DNA of 63,991 bases, the filler included, from Octopus bimaculoides (taxonomy: Eukaryota), in NCBI RefSeq assembly GCF_001194135.2. It is 6 parts of 5 records of this genome, joined end to end, with 100 filler letters (N's around TTAATTAATTAA, not from the genome) between each part and the next. Parts side by side here need not be neighbours in the genome. Positions count along the whole stretch, not along the records: positions 62,707 to 63,991 come from NW_026439451.1; 5 more parts are not named here. One strand, written 5' to 3'. The translations under genes and the position numbers were made by a program. Below the pieces are notes generated by a model. That model saw only the letters and a program-made list of their open reading frames with translations, did no database searches and was not told the DNA's origin. This document shows, piece after piece, positions 63,631 to 63,991 of this stretch (its first letter is position 1; each line of letters starts with the position of its first letter).

Positions 63631-63991
63631 GTGTATATATATATACACATGTATGTGTGTGTATGTGCATGTGTGTGTATGTATGTGTGTGCGTATGTAT
63701 GTGTGTGCGTGTGTGGGTATTTGCATGTTTGTATATGTATAGGAATGTATGTATACATCCAGGTACGTATGTATAGGTGAGCGTGTGTGATGCATATGTA
63801 TAGGTGAAGGTTTCTGTATGGGTGTGTGTGTATGGGTATGGGTGTATGTATGTGTACGGGTATGTATACATTAGTATATGTGTATGTGTGTGTACATGTG
63901 TGTACACGCACGTGTTTGTACACATGTATATGCGCGCATGCACACATGTAAACCTTCACTTGACTACAATGTTTCATTTACTTTCAATTTT
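63315..63991. repeat. Inverted repeat (63315-63360 / 63946-63991, runs off window) around a TG/TA-rich spacer
   Basis: 43 of 46 identical between the left arm and the reverse complement of the right arm. Confidence 0.9.

Noticed and set aside
2092-63977. Dozens of ORFs rich in Y/I, H/T, C/V, poly-N/D/M/S or X
   Set aside because: They are translations of microsatellites or of N gaps, not genes.

Overview
AT-rich, microsatellite-dense eukaryotic draft-assembly DNA with roughly 5 kb of N gaps. The SINE/LINE families resemble those I recall from Octopus (coleoid cephalopod); the taxon is an inference. I can support no host exon, rRNA, true tRNA or CRISPR array, and almost all ORF-track entries are microsatellite or gap artefacts. 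The window is a transposon graveyard. It holds at least four Penelope-like retroelement (PLE) lineages, a cluster of L1/Tx1-type fragments, RTE-type LINE copies, two R4/Dong-like RLE fragments, CR1-type 3' ends, several tRNA-derived SINE families, and mariner/MITE/foldback elements. Five artificial 44N-TTAATTAATTAA-44N linkers split it into six pieces whose adjacency is not established. The most interesting signals are RNA structures in retroelement ends. These are a canonical-core type I hammerhead ribozyme with a long stem II (62867-62957, minus) inside an apparently palindromic insertion, and a U3-A8 variant minimal hammerhead present twice in inverted orientation in one PLE. There is also a short hammerhead-like repeat family and an array of fixed-geometry hairpins in the RTE 3' UTR. 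Other leads are a TGA codon at a conserved Cys in an otherwise nearly open PLE frame, a mariner made of two 3' ends, and an intact Myb/SANT-like ORF. Motif and family assignments are by eye and from recall, and most element boundaries are approximate.
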